Below, in pieces: positions 48,255-58,814 of a DNA stretch of 64,000 bases. The position numbers were made by a program, and so were the translations under genes. The stretch lies in IMG/VR virus record IMGVR_UViG_3300008267_000092, positions 24,022 to 88,021 of that record. One strand, given 5' to 3'. How positions within the stretch are numbered: position 1 is the stretch's first letter; the number at the start of each line of letters is the position of its first letter. The notes under the pieces were generated by a model. That model was not told the DNA's origin and searched no databases. It saw only the letters and a list, made by a program, of their open reading frames with translations. The stretch comes from a virus (lineage: Duplodnaviria; Heunggongvirae; Uroviricota; Caudoviricetes; Crassvirales).

Positions 48255-48507
48255 AAATGTATCTGCTTTTCTAGAAGGTAATTCTAAACAAATATTAGCA
48301 GGAATGGGATTACAACCTAAACATATTGAAGAGCAGGTTATGTACAGAGCATCCGTTTGTTCAGATTGTATGCAGGTAGGTAAATGTAAGATGTGTGGAT
48401 GCTCACTACCTGGTAAATTACATGTTGCAAAATCATGTAATCCTGAAAGATTTCCAGATTTAATGAGTAGTAAAGAATGGGAAGAATTTAAAACAAAATT
48501 AAAATAA
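48232..48507 (+). CDS. Cys-rich zinc-binding protein
   Basis: CSDCMQVGKCKMCGC...C; co-directional with operon (antisense ORF 48228..48530 rejected). Confidence 0.4.
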   Translation: MLNKVTIKNVSAFLEGNSKQILAGMGLQPKHIEEQVMYRASVCSDCMQVGKCKMCGCSLPGKLHVAKSCNPERFPDLMSSKEWEEFKTKLK

Positions 48508-48737
48508 TGATTAAAGAATATATAATACATAATGAACCTTTAAATGTTATTTTAGATAAGATTGCTACGTTTATTAAACATGTAACTAAGTTTGATGAAT
48601 TACATGGTAATTATAATTACGAAGTATCAATATCTAAAAATAGAGATTTATGGAGTGCAAAATTAAAAATTGACAATGAAACGAAACATGACACTAAAAT
48701 ATCTAAAACAATTACTGAAGCACCTTCAGTATTATAA
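48507..48737 (+). CDS. hypothetical protein
   Basis: 76 aa ORF. Confidence 0.35.
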   Translation: MIKEYIIHNEPLNVILDKIATFIKHVTKFDELHGNYNYEVSISKNRDLWSAKLKIDNETKHDTKISKTITEAPSVL

Positions 48738-48990
48738 TGATATGGCACCTTTCCCTGTATATGATACAGAATATGTTGAGGAGGTGAAAACTAAAATAAA
48801 AGAAATGGAAGAAAAAAGTAATGAATACGATGAGTTACCTGTAGTAGCTTGTAGACACTGTAAAAGTTTACATGTTGTATCTGATGAGTTAGACAATTCA
48901 ATATGCATGCGTTGTGGTTCTGTAAATGAATTACAGGAGTTTGAAAATATTTATAAATATAAAGAATTTAAAGATGGCGAGAATTCCTAA
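48670..48990 (+). CDS. zinc-ribbon protein
   Basis: CRHCKS...CMRCGS. Confidence 0.4.
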   Translation: MTMKRNMTLKYLKQLLKHLQYYNDMAPFPVYDTEYVEEVKTKIKEMEEKSNEYDELPVVACRHCKSLHVVSDELDNSICMRCGSVNELQEFENIYKYKEFKDGENS

Positions 48991-49639
48991 TACCGAGAAG
49001 AGAACATTAAAGACTGAGCCAAAATTAATGGTTGATCTTAATTTTGAACAGAAAGAATTTGTAGAATTGTTTTATCAGTACGATGTTAATTTCTTATTAG
49101 GAGATTTTGGATCAGGTAAGTCATTAGCTGCTGTACATACAGCATTAAAAGCTTTTAGAAAAAAGCAATTTAATAATATTTGGATTACTAGACCTATGAT
49201 TAAAAATAATCTAGGAGCTTTACCTGGGGAGATTGAAGATAAATTAAGTCCTTACATATTCCCAATTATTCAAAATTTAGAAGTTTGTCAAGGTAAGGAA
49301 ATGACTGAAAAGATGCAGAAAGAAGGTTTAATTAAGATTATGCCAATAGAGGTTGCCAAAGGTGTAACATTTATGAAATCTGTAGTTATTGTTGATGAAT
49401 TTCAAGATATGGATTACGAAGATTTTAGAACAATTTTAACTAGATTGGGTAATGGAAGTAAAATGATATTTTGTGGATCCACCCAACAAGTAGCAAGACA
49501 AATTGGTAAAAACAGTTGTATTGAAAGAGTTGAAACTTTAAAAAATTCTAATCTTGTAGGTTTTAAAACACTAACTTCAAATCATAGAAATCCAATATTA
49601 ACTGAAATAATTAAATATTTAGAAACTAAAAATGAATAA
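48926..49639 (+). CDS. phoH: PhoH-like P-loop ATPase
   Basis: LLGDFGSGKS (Walker A), VVIVDEFQDMD (Walker B), FCGSTQQV. Confidence 0.55.
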   Translation: MNYRSLKIFINIKNLKMARIPNTEKRTLKTEPKLMVDLNFEQKEFVELFYQYDVNFLLGDFGSGKSLAAVHTALKAFRKKQFNNIWITRPMIKNNLGALPGEIEDKLSPYIFPIIQNLEVCQGKEMTEKMQKEGLIKIMPIEVAKGVTFMKSVVIVDEFQDMDYEDFRTILTRLGNGSKMIFCGSTQQVARQIGKNSCIERVETLKNSNLVGFKTLTSNHRNPILTEIIKYLETKNE

Positions 49640-50027
49640 TACTAAAATTGCGAATCTTAATGTTAAATTAAAAGATTTATTCTTTAAATGGTTGGATGTA
49701 ACTAAAGCGTGGCATAAACTAAATAATCAACAACAGCAAGTATTAGCACTTTTATTATATTATCATTATCGATACAAAAAAGATATAACAAATAATAAAG
49801 TTCTTTGGAGACTTTTATTTGATTACGATACAAAAATTAAAATAAAAGAAGATCCTGTATTTGAAAAAGAATTGAGTGATAGTGCTTTAAATAATATTTT
49901 TTCAATATTAAGAAAAAAGAAGATTATTATAGATGGTGAAATATCACCATTGTATATTCCCGAGTTAGCATCTAAAAGTAATAATTTTAAAATCATTTTT
50001 AATTTTAACATCATAGACAATGACTAA
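49632..50027 (+). CDS. hypothetical protein
   Basis: 131 aa ORF. Confidence 0.4.
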   Translation: MNNTKIANLNVKLKDLFFKWLDVTKAWHKLNNQQQQVLALLLYYHYRYKKDITNNKVLWRLLFDYDTKIKIKEDPVFEKELSDSALNNIFSILRKKKIIIDGEISPLYIPELASKSNNFKIIFNFNIIDND

Positions 50028-50295
50028 ATCAGACAATGATAAAATTAAAAAACTTATACATCGTATAGGGTTAAAGTATAATCTTAGAGATGAAGATGTA
50101 AATAAAATAATAACTTCACCATACATATATGTTAGACAGATTATCACAAATATGGAAATTGAAGAGAATATAACAGAAGACGAATTTAACAAATTAAAAA
50201 CAAATTTTATATTTCCAAATATTGGAAAATTATATATTAAATACGGTACTGTATTGAGGTACCAAAATCAAAAAAAACATGATAGAACAAAGTAA
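50020..50295 (+). CDS. hypothetical protein
   Basis: 91 aa ORF. Confidence 0.4.
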   Translation: MTKSDNDKIKKLIHRIGLKYNLRDEDVNKIITSPYIYVRQIITNMEIEENITEDEFNKLKTNFIFPNIGKLYIKYGTVLRYQNQKKHDRTK

Positions 50296-50644
50296 TTTTA
50301 CGCAGGAAGAAGTATTAAAAATCGCTAAAGATTTTAACATTGAACCAATGTTCAATAAAGTGATTATCACATTAAACAAATTAGAAGAAGATGGTAATCT
50401 TGTATTATCTGAAAACATGTTGTCTGAAGAACAATATATTGTATCTAAGGGTGATACGGTTCGAGGTTTAGAAATTGGTCAAAAGGTAATTATTGATATT
50501 GAAAGAATGATGATTACTGTAAAATCAGAATCTGTAAATGCTTATGAGGATGTAAAACAAATTAAAATTGAACCTATATTGTATAATCATACAATGTTTG
50601 CAATCATTGAAGATAGATTAATTAAAGCTAAATATAAAAACTAA
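50279..50644 (+). CDS. hypothetical protein
   Basis: 121 aa ORF. Confidence 0.4.
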   Translation: MIEQSNFTQEEVLKIAKDFNIEPMFNKVIITLNKLEEDGNLVLSENMLSEEQYIVSKGDTVRGLEIGQKVIIDIERMMITVKSESVNAYEDVKQIKIEPILYNHTMFAIIEDRLIKAKYKN

Positions 50645-50645
50645 T

Positions 50646-50921
50646 ATGGAATTATTTTTACACATTATTGTAGGTCTAGCAATTGTAGGTCTTATTTATG
50701 AATATATACGATTACTTAAAGGTTATGAAAATCTTGCAGAAGTATTTGTAGATTCTGAAGCGGAATATTTTTATAACGAAAAAGAACTTCAGAAAACAAT
50801 TGAAGAATTAAAACTTGAAATTGAATTACTTAAAACAGAGTCTGAAAAACAAACTCTTGAAGTAACACCTAAACCTGTAAGAAAGAAACCCGTTTCTAAA
50901 AAAATACCAAACGTAGAATAA
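50646..50921 (+). CDS. small membrane/coiled-coil protein
   Basis: N-terminal TM helix IIVGLAIVGLIY, coiled coil. Confidence 0.4.
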   Translation: MELFLHIIVGLAIVGLIYEYIRLLKGYENLAEVFVDSEAEYFYNEKELQKTIEELKLEIELLKTESEKQTLEVTPKPVRKKPVSKKIPNVE

Positions 50922-51181
50922 TGAAATTATTTGAAATGCGTGACTTCAATCTCCAAGTGATTCCAGAAGCTTGGGGATTGTTGCCGTTTAAGGCAATACT
51001 TAAACGAGATAAAAACCGTAATAAAGAAACTGCATTTAAGGAAATGTTATTTATATATTTTTATTGTGATATACGATCAGATTATGTTTATATAACAGAC
51101 AATGTAGTTAGAACTACAGAAATTAAAAAAGATATTGGACTTTCTGAAGACTGGAAAATAGATGATGTAATCAATCGTTAA
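50921..51181 (+). CDS. hypothetical protein
   Basis: 86 aa ORF. Confidence 0.4.
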   Translation: MKLFEMRDFNLQVIPEAWGLLPFKAILKRDKNRNKETAFKEMLFIYFYCDIRSDYVYITDNVVRTTEIKKDIGLSEDWKIDDVINR

Positions 51182-51430
51182 AAGCTGCGGATGATATATC
51201 TAAATATCTTGAAAAAACAGATGCATTATTAGATGAGAGAACGATTAATGGTGGTACTGTTACAACATTGGCTACAATTACAGCATCGCTTAAATCTGTC
51301 CCAGTAATTATGCGAGATCTTAAAGCAGCATATAAAGAAGTTTTAAGTGAACAAAAAGAAATGGAAGGTAGAACTAAAGGAAGTAAAACGATGGGACTTT
51401 TTGAGGATGGTCTTGGTGAAATAGGATAAT

Positions 51431-52897
51431 ATGGAAGAAATATATTTTAAAGAGGAAGCTAGAAATAAACTTTTAAGTGGTATAAATAAATTACACGATG
51501 CTGTAGCATCTACAATGGGACCAAATGGTAAGACGGTTATTATAAGTGATGTGTATGGTAAACCTAAAGTAACTAAAGATGGTGTATCTGTTGCAAGAGC
51601 GATTTCATTTAAAGATCCTGTTGAAAATATGGGTGCAGAATTAATCAAAGAAGTAGCAGAACTTACTGTAGATATCGCGGGAGATGGTACTACTACAGCT
51701 ACAGTTTTAGCTACTGCTTTTATTAACAATTTAATAACCTTTGAATCTAAAGACATTAATAAAGCCTTTGATGAAATAATACCTAAAGTATTAGAACAAT
51801 TAAAAATAAATTCTAGAACATTGGAACGTGATAATATTAAACACGTTGCTACAATTTCTGCAAACAACGATATAACTATAGGTGAGGTTATTCAAAACGC
51901 ATATAACCATTCAGATATTATTAAAATTGAAGAATCAACATCTAATAGTGATATATTGGAATTAGTTGAGGGTATGCAGTTAGATGTATCTTATTTATCA
52001 AAAGCATTTGTAAATATTGATCGTAAAGCAGAATGTGAATTGACTAATCCACATGTATTAATTATAGATGGTAAACTTGAGAACTTAAAAGTTTTTGAAC
52101 AATTATTAAACACTGTTGCTGCAAACAACGAATCATTATTAATTATAACAGAACATGTTTCAGAACAAGTATTAAGAATGCTTGAAACAAATGCATTAAG
52201 CGGTAATATTAAACTATGTGTAATTAAATCACCTGGATTTGGACAACATAGAAAAGATTTACTGAAGGATATTGCAAAGTTTACACAATCTACAATTATA
52301 ACAGATTTAAGCAAACCTTATACGTTAAGTATTGCAGGTAAACTGCAGTCTGTAAGAGTTACTAAAAATAATTCTATCTTGGTTAAGGATTCATCAATAG
52401 ATGTTACAGAAGCAATTGCAGATTTAAATGAATTGTCTAAATCTATAGATCTATCTGAACACGATAAGGATTTGATTATCCAACGAAGAGATAGACTTAC
52501 AGGTAAGATATCAATCATTAAAGTTGGAGGTGTTTCTGAGATTGAGATGAAAGAACGTAAAGATAGATATGATGATGCGGTATTAGCTGTAGCCTGTGCA
52601 TTAGAAGAAGGAATTGTACAAGGTGCGGGTTTAGCATTATATCACAGTATTCAAAATGTTTATGATGTAAAATATGATGAAAAAACACCATATCATTTTA
52701 TAATGAAAAGTCTACTTTCACCATATGATAACATTTGTAAAAATGGGACATGTATTCCTGTAATGAGTAATATGTTTGATCAAAACATTATAGATCCACT
52801 TAAAGTTACAAGATGTGCATTAGAGAATGCAGTATCTGTAGCTAAAACAATATTATCAACAGACACAATTATTTTAAATGAGCGTCAATGGAGTTAA
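51431..52897 (+). CDS. groEL: GroEL/Cpn60-family chaperonin (488 aa, lacks C-terminal GGM tail)
   Basis: ARNKLLSGINKLHDAVASTMGPNGKTV...VTKDGVSVARAI...GDGTTTATVLA collinear with GroEL N-terminus/ATP-binding loop. Confidence 0.85.
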   Translation: MEEIYFKEEARNKLLSGINKLHDAVASTMGPNGKTVIISDVYGKPKVTKDGVSVARAISFKDPVENMGAELIKEVAELTVDIAGDGTTTATVLATAFINNLITFESKDINKAFDEIIPKVLEQLKINSRTLERDNIKHVATISANNDITIGEVIQNAYNHSDIIKIEESTSNSDILELVEGMQLDVSYLSKAFVNIDRKAECELTNPHVLIIDGKLENLKVFEQLLNTVAANNESLLIITEHVSEQVLRMLETNALSGNIKLCVIKSPGFGQHRKDLLKDIAKFTQSTIITDLSKPYTLSIAGKLQSVRVTKNNSILVKDSSIDVTEAIADLNELSKSIDLSEHDKDLIIQRRDRLTGKISIIKVGGVSEIEMKERKDRYDDAVLAVACALEEGIVQGAGLALYHSIQNVYDVKYDEKTPYHFIMKSLLSPYDNICKNGTCIPVMSNMFDQNIIDPLKVTRCALENAVSVAKTILSTDTIILNERQWS

Positions 52898-55149
52898 ACA
52901 ATTATCAAACACCTATAGATGATAAACTGAAAGCGTCATTACATAAAGAAATATATGGTGACATTTTAGAATATGTATCTAGTGTTAAGTTTATACAAAG
53001 ACTTGTTGCACCTGAAAGCATTAGAGGGTTTGCTAAAGATAGGGAAAAAGAAGTTGAGTTTTATAATGATGGTAGAATTAAAATTGATTTAACAAACCCT
53101 CACATTCTTGAAGATATGGACTTTTTTAGAGAAAAGGCTTTATTTTTTGAAAAGAATGGTAGATATACAAATATACCTCCTAATAGTAATCCTAAGTCTG
53201 AGTATGCTGAGTTTTGGAAAGAAGAACTTCGTAAATGGAAACATGGTGTTGTGAGACCTAGTGATGGTGAATGGATTCCAGGAACATTATATTTTTATTG
53301 GAACTACAGTCCAATATGGTTAGTTGAAAAGGTAGGTAAGGAATCTGCAAACAAGAAGACTAAGGGAGAACGTCTTCGTAAGTTCCCTAAACCATGGTTA
53401 GGTGATTACTTATATTTTCATTATACACAACAAGCTAAGGATAACGGTAAACATGGTAAAGTATTAAAGACTAGGGGAATTGGTTTCAGTTTTAAAAATG
53501 CTGCAGAATCACCAAGAAATATGTATGTATATCCTGGTTCAGGTAATCCTAATTTTCACTTAGCTTCAGATAAAACCTTTTTATCAGGTGATAAAGGTAT
53601 ATGGGGTAAAATCTTAGATGTTTTAGACTGGGTTGCAGAACACACACCTTTACCAAAGATGAGAATTGTCGATGGTAAAAAAGCAATGGAACTTCAACTT
53701 GGTTACCCTGATGAGTATGGTAACCGTAAAGGATTGTTATCTTCTGTATTTGGAATATCCTTAAAAGATAATCCTGATAAAGCAAGGGGTATTCGTGGAC
53801 CACTTATTCATTATGAGGAAGACGGATTATTTCCTGACTTAGAAAAAGCATGGAACGTAAATAGAAAAGCGGTAGAGGATGGTGATGTTGCATTTGGATT
53901 TATGTTGGCAGGAGGTACAGGTGGTACACAAGGTGCATCATTTGCAGGATCTGAAAAGTTATTTTATAAACCTGATGCATATAACATTTATGGTTTACCA
54001 AATGTATATGATAAAAACAATAATGGTGAAACAGAATGTGGTTTCTTTTGGGGAGCATATTTAAATCGAAATAACTGTTACGATGAAACAACAGGAGAAC
54101 CTGATGTAATCAAGGCTTTAGTGGAGATACTTTCTGATAGATTTGTTGTTAAATATGGATCATCAGATTCATCAGCAATTACACAAAAGAAAGCTGAGGA
54201 ACCTATTACACCACAAGAGGCAATTATGCGTACTGAAGGTACTGTATTTCCTGTTGCAGATATTAAAGAATATCTTGAAAGTGTGGCTCCTAAAAAAGAA
54301 TCATTTTTAGCAGAACATTATGTTGGAGAATTAGTTCTTAATAACCTAGGTGATGTAGAATGGAAACCTAATGGAGATATACATCCATTGAGAGCATACG
54401 ATTCATCTGATGGTAATAAAACTGGATGTTTAGAGATATTTGAGATGCCTCGAAAAAACGCTAATGGTGATATCCCTAGAGGTAGATATATTTTTGGTAT
54501 TGACCCTATTGATGCCGATACAGGTACATCATTATTTAGTATAATTGGTTTAGATACATTTACAGATAGAATTGTGTGTGAATATTCAGGTAGACCTAGA
54601 TTAGCTAATGAGGCTTACGAAATCGCGTTACGTACACTTAAATTTTATAATGGTGAAGCAAATTATGAAAGTAACTTAAAAGGTTTATTTAGTTACTTTG
54701 ATAGTAAAAACTGTTTACACTTTTTATCAGATGTACCTCAAGTATTACGTGATATGGATATGGTTAAAGCAACTAACCTATATGGTAATAAAGCTAAAGG
54801 TACACACGCAAATAAAGAAATTAATAAGTGGGGTAGATTGTTACAATCACAATGGATGCAAACTAAAGCCCACGGTGATGATGAAGATAATAGACTTAAT
54901 CTTCATCGTATTCGAAGTATTCCTTATTTAGAAGAATGTATTGCCTGGAATAGTGATGGTAACTTTGACCGTGTATCTGCAATGGGTATGTTGATGATTT
55001 TACGTGAAGATAGATTTAAACGTACTAATTCTTTAAAAGGAAACGTAGATAAAACTGTTAAAAAATTATCAAATGATTCGTTCTTTAATAAAAATTATCA
55101 AACGTCAAACACAATAGCTATTACTAATACTTTGAATTTCAATAAATAA
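52888..55149 (+). CDS. terminase large subunit (putative)
   Basis: 753 aa; C-terminal RNase-H-like nuclease motif FGIDPIDADTGTSLFSIIGLD; deviant Walker A-like KTRGIGFS; position immediately upstream of portal. Confidence 0.5.
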   Translation: MELNNYQTPIDDKLKASLHKEIYGDILEYVSSVKFIQRLVAPESIRGFAKDREKEVEFYNDGRIKIDLTNPHILEDMDFFREKALFFEKNGRYTNIPPNSNPKSEYAEFWKEELRKWKHGVVRPSDGEWIPGTLYFYWNYSPIWLVEKVGKESANKKTKGERLRKFPKPWLGDYLYFHYTQQAKDNGKHGKVLKTRGIGFSFKNAAESPRNMYVYPGSGNPNFHLASDKTFLSGDKGIWGKILDVLDWVAEHTPLPKMRIVDGKKAMELQLGYPDEYGNRKGLLSSVFGISLKDNPDKARGIRGPLIHYEEDGLFPDLEKAWNVNRKAVEDGDVAFGFMLAGGTGGTQGASFAGSEKLFYKPDAYNIYGLPNVYDKNNNGETECGFFWGAYLNRNNCYDETTGEPDVIKALVEILSDRFVVKYGSSDSSAITQKKAEEPITPQEAIMRTEGTVFPVADIKEYLESVAPKKESFLAEHYVGELVLNNLGDVEWKPNGDIHPLRAYDSSDGNKTGCLEIFEMPRKNANGDIPRGRYIFGIDPIDADTGTSLFSIIGLDTFTDRIVCEYSGRPRLANEAYEIALRTLKFYNGEANYESNLKGLFSYFDSKNCLHFLSDVPQVLRDMDMVKATNLYGNKAKGTHANKEINKWGRLLQSQWMQTKAHGDDEDNRLNLHRIRSIPYLEECIAWNSDGNFDRVSAMGMLMILREDRFKRTNSLKGNVDKTVKKLSNDSFFNKNYQTSNTIAITNTLNFNK

Positions 55150-55214
55150 TAAATAATTATTTGGAATAATTAATAAAATTTGTTATATTAGCAAGTTATA
55201 TAAAAATAGAAAAA

Positions 55215-57608
55215 ATGCCAAGAATAAATAACTTAACATTACCTCTGCAGAGATTAGCTTTTAAGAAAAAAGATAAACAGTGGAGGACGGATTGTATTGA
55301 TTATGCAGATCGACATTCCTTCTATAACAATGAAAGAGTTCGTAAAAGTTTACAAAATAAGATTATAAATCTTAATCTTTATAATGGTATTGTAGATATT
55401 AGAGACTTAACTAATGTTGTAAACCCACATCAGGTTGATGCAAGTTTTGTACCTGATAATATCCCACACCACCCAATACTCGTCCCTAAAATTGATCTTT
55501 TAGTGGGTGAAGAAATAAAACGAAGATTTGATTATTCAATCATTGTTACAAATCCTGATGCTATTACCAAAAAAGAAGAAGATAAGAAGGAGTTTTTAAA
55601 ACAGAAACTTGTTGAATTTCTTCAGAGTCATTATTCAGATGAGGAATTGAAAGTTAAAATGGAGGAGTTGGAAAAACACATGAAATATAATTGGCAAGAC
55701 CTTCGTGAAAAAACAGCTAATCAAATATTAAAACATTACAGTCAAGAACAACGTTTTGACCTCACATTTAATTTAGGATTTAAAGATGCCTTAATCTTCG
55801 CAGAAGAAATTTATCAATGTGATATTATACACGATGAACCTGTATTGCTTAAACTTAACCCTTTAAAAGTACACTCTGTAAGATCTGGTAATTCAGATAG
55901 AATTGAAGATTCTTCTATAATTATTATACAAGATCACTGGAGTCCAAATAAAATTGTAGATGTATATCACGATGAGTTAAAACCTGAAGATATTGATTAC
56001 ATTTTAACATATAGTACAAATTCATCTAAAGGATCTTATTCAGATGATCAAAATAACCACGTACTACTTCGCGACGCATTGAATACAGGGGTTGAGGGTA
56101 TGTATGATACCATTTTTAATTTAGCAGAACTTAACGGGCACTTTTTTGGGTCTAACTACACCGATGACACAGGAAACATTAGAGTACTTAAAGTATTTTG
56201 GAAATCAATTAAACAGATTAAAAAAATTAAGTATTACGATGAATATGGTGAAGAACAATATAAGATAGCGTCTGAAGAATACATTCCTAATAAGGATATG
56301 GGTGAAGAAGTTACTACCATGTGGGTTAATGAATGGTGGGAAGGTGTTAAGGTAGGTAAAGATATTTATTTAAATATTAGACCTCGAAAAGTTCAATATA
56401 ATAAAATACATAATCCTTCACTCTGTCATCCAGGAATTGTAGGTCAAATTTATAATACAAGTCAATCTAAAGCTGTTTCATTAGTTGATAGATGTAAAAA
56501 CTATCAATACATGTATGATGTAATTTGGGATAGACTGAATAAAGCTATTGCTACAAACTACGGTAAGATATTTGAATTAGACCTTGCTAAAGTTCCTGAA
56601 AACTGGGAAGTTGAAAAATGGATGCACTTTGCTGTAGTAAATAAGATTGCAGTTATTGATTCATTTAAAGAGGGTCAACAAGGTGCAGCTACAGGTAAAC
56701 TTGCAGGTTCTATGAATACTCAAGGTGGACGTGTGATGGATATGGAAACAGGTTCTTATATTCAACAACACATTCAATTATTGGAGTTTATTAAAATGGA
56801 AATGGGTGAAATTGCAGGAGTATCTGCTCAACGTCAAGGACAAGTTTCAAATCGAGAAACTGTAGGTGGTGTTGAACGATCTGTAAATCAATCTAGTCAT
56901 ATTACAGAATGGTGGTTTATGTTGCATGAACAGTGTAAAATTCGTGTACTTGAAACATTTATAGAAACTGCTAAAGTTGCATTAAAAGGGAATAATAAAA
57001 AAGTACAATTTCTTTTAGATGATCAATCAATACAAGTTTTAAATTTAGAAGATAATGATTTTTCAGAACAAGACTACGGAATTGTAATTACAACTTCTGG
57101 TAAGACAATGGAGCTTGAACAGATGATTAAACAAAATGCTCAAGCATTTTTACAAAATGGAGGTTCTATGTCTACAATCATGGATATATATTTTAGTTCA
57201 TCGTTAATGGATATGCGTAGAAAACTTGAAGATGCTGAAGAGCAAATGCATCAACGACAATCTGAACAATCTCAAGAAGCTAATAAAATTCAACAAGAAC
57301 ACAATCAGGCATCTATTGATTTAGAAAATAGAAAACTTGAACTTGAAGATTTGAAAAATCAACGAGATAATCAGACTAGATATGATATTGCACTTTTATC
57401 ACAAGAAACTAATGCTGGTGATTTAAATGGTGATGGGGTTGAAGACCCGATGGAGCGTGAAAAATTTAATCTGAGTGTAGATCAAAAGCGTCAAGATTAC
57501 ATTTTAAAAATGAAACAACTTGAGAATGATATGAGTAAACATAAGGATAACGTAGCATTAACTAAGGAAGCACACGCAATTTCAAGAATAAAAAAGTCAA
57601 CAAAATAG
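55215..57608 (+). CDS. portal protein (putative)
   Basis: 797 aa, follows terminase; long C-terminal coiled-coil/charged region. Confidence 0.45.
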   Translation: MPRINNLTLPLQRLAFKKKDKQWRTDCIDYADRHSFYNNERVRKSLQNKIINLNLYNGIVDIRDLTNVVNPHQVDASFVPDNIPHHPILVPKIDLLVGEEIKRRFDYSIIVTNPDAITKKEEDKKEFLKQKLVEFLQSHYSDEELKVKMEELEKHMKYNWQDLREKTANQILKHYSQEQRFDLTFNLGFKDALIFAEEIYQCDIIHDEPVLLKLNPLKVHSVRSGNSDRIEDSSIIIIQDHWSPNKIVDVYHDELKPEDIDYILTYSTNSSKGSYSDDQNNHVLLRDALNTGVEGMYDTIFNLAELNGHFFGSNYTDDTGNIRVLKVFWKSIKQIKKIKYYDEYGEEQYKIASEEYIPNKDMGEEVTTMWVNEWWEGVKVGKDIYLNIRPRKVQYNKIHNPSLCHPGIVGQIYNTSQSKAVSLVDRCKNYQYMYDVIWDRLNKAIATNYGKIFELDLAKVPENWEVEKWMHFAVVNKIAVIDSFKEGQQGAATGKLAGSMNTQGGRVMDMETGSYIQQHIQLLEFIKMEMGEIAGVSAQRQGQVSNRETVGGVERSVNQSSHITEWWFMLHEQCKIRVLETFIETAKVALKGNNKKVQFLLDDQSIQVLNLEDNDFSEQDYGIVITTSGKTMELEQMIKQNAQAFLQNGGSMSTIMDIYFSSSLMDMRRKLEDAEEQMHQRQSEQSQEANKIQQEHNQASIDLENRKLELEDLKNQRDNQTRYDIALLSQETNAGDLNGDGVEDPMEREKFNLSVDQKRQDYILKMKQLENDMSKHKDNVALTKEAHAISRIKKSTK

Positions 57609-57612
57609 CTAT

Positions 57613-57660
57613 TAGTGACAATCTCAATTTAAAAGGTTGTCACTAATTAATTTGCTTTTA
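57613..57660 (+). terminator. rho-independent terminator
   Basis: TTAGTGACAA...TTGTCACTAA stem followed by T-rich tract. Confidence 0.5.
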
Positions 57661-57709
57661 AATAAAAAAAACATTATATTTGCAAACTTTATAACATAGG
57701 GAGAAAATT

Positions 57710-58789
57710 ATGGAAGATGAAAACGATTTAATGTCAATTTTTGGTTCTAATCAAGAACTTAATTTTGACGGTGATTTTACAAATACACTTGATGAAGATC
57801 AAGTAGATGAAGGTGATCAAGATGACACCTTAGATATGAATAAACAACCTGTCGAGGAAGAAGAAGATTCTCCAGAGGACGTAGATGGGGATGAAGACAA
57901 CACTGATGAGGGTGACGATTCCTCTGATGAAAATTCTCCCAACCTATATTCTTCCATCGCAGATGTTCTTTTTGAACAAGGAATTATACCCTCATTGGAG
58001 TCTTCACAAGAAATTAAATCCGTTGACGATTTTGTTGACGTGTTTAAAAAAGAAATAGGTGTTCAAGCAGATCGAAAACTTGAAGAGTATTTAAACAATT
58101 TAGATTTAGAAAAAATTGCTACATCTCGCAAAACACAACTTGAATTAAATAGTATTGACGAAGATTATTTAAAAGATAATTTGGAAATCGCTAAAGATAT
58201 TATTTTTAGAGATTATTTAAATCAAGGTTTGTCAGAAGATCGCGCTCGTAAAATGTTACGAAAAACAATAGATCTAGGTGAAGATACTGTTTTAGAGGAT
58301 GCCCTGGAGTCTGTTCAAAGTTTAAAAGAGTTTGAAGCTAAACAAGAAGAAGTTGAAAGAGCTCGTTATACTCAGTCATTAGAAGAGCAACGAAAACATC
58401 AGGAACAGTTAGATACAACTATAAAGAATTACATTTATAATTCTAATGAAATTGTTAAAGGTATTCCTAATACTAAAGCCTTACAAGAAAAAGTCTTTAG
58501 AACAATGACTGAAGTTGTTTCTAAGAATCCTCAAACAGGAGAATTAGAAAATAAATTAATGAAAGAACGTTCAGCTAATCCTATTGAGTTTGATACAAAA
58601 ATGTATTACCTCTACGAATTAACAAATGGTTTTTCTGATTTAAGTAAAATTTCAAACACTGTAAATTCAAAAGCTGTTAAAAAATTAGAAACAGTTTTAC
58701 GTAAAACAAAGTTTGAAGATAATGGTACTCCAGGGTACATGCAGGATCCAAATAGTTACAATGGTTTTGGGTCAGAATTAGTTTTATAA
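57710..58789 (+). CDS. highly acidic protein (scaffolding-like?)
   Basis: N-terminal DEDQVDEGDQDD...EEEDSPEDVDGDEDNTDEGDDSSDE; position between portal and putative capsid gene. Confidence 0.35.
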   Translation: MEDENDLMSIFGSNQELNFDGDFTNTLDEDQVDEGDQDDTLDMNKQPVEEEEDSPEDVDGDEDNTDEGDDSSDENSPNLYSSIADVLFEQGIIPSLESSQEIKSVDDFVDVFKKEIGVQADRKLEEYLNNLDLEKIATSRKTQLELNSIDEDYLKDNLEIAKDIIFRDYLNQGLSEDRARKMLRKTIDLGEDTVLEDALESVQSLKEFEAKQEEVERARYTQSLEEQRKHQEQLDTTIKNYIYNSNEIVKGIPNTKALQEKVFRTMTEVVSKNPQTGELENKLMKERSANPIEFDTKMYYLYELTNGFSDLSKISNTVNSKAVKKLETVLRKTKFEDNGTPGYMQDPNSYNGFGSELVL

Positions 58790-58814
58790 AGTATTAATAA
58801 TTAAATAAATAAAT

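Noticed and set aside
48228-48530. 100-aa minus-strand ORF antisense to 48232-48507
   Set aside because: The plus-strand ORF is co-directional with the whole early operon and has a plausible Cys-rich zinc-binding pattern.
49823-54931. Short antisense or internal ORFs in the plus-strand block (49823-50020-, 49965-50192-, 50230-50418-, 51343-51867-, 51991-52314-, 52318-52518-, 53549-53803-, 53879-54064+, 53900-54091-, 54698-54931+, 62407-62589-, 62711-62896-)
   Set aside because: They are opposite to or inside well-supported genes (GroEL, terminase, structural proteins).
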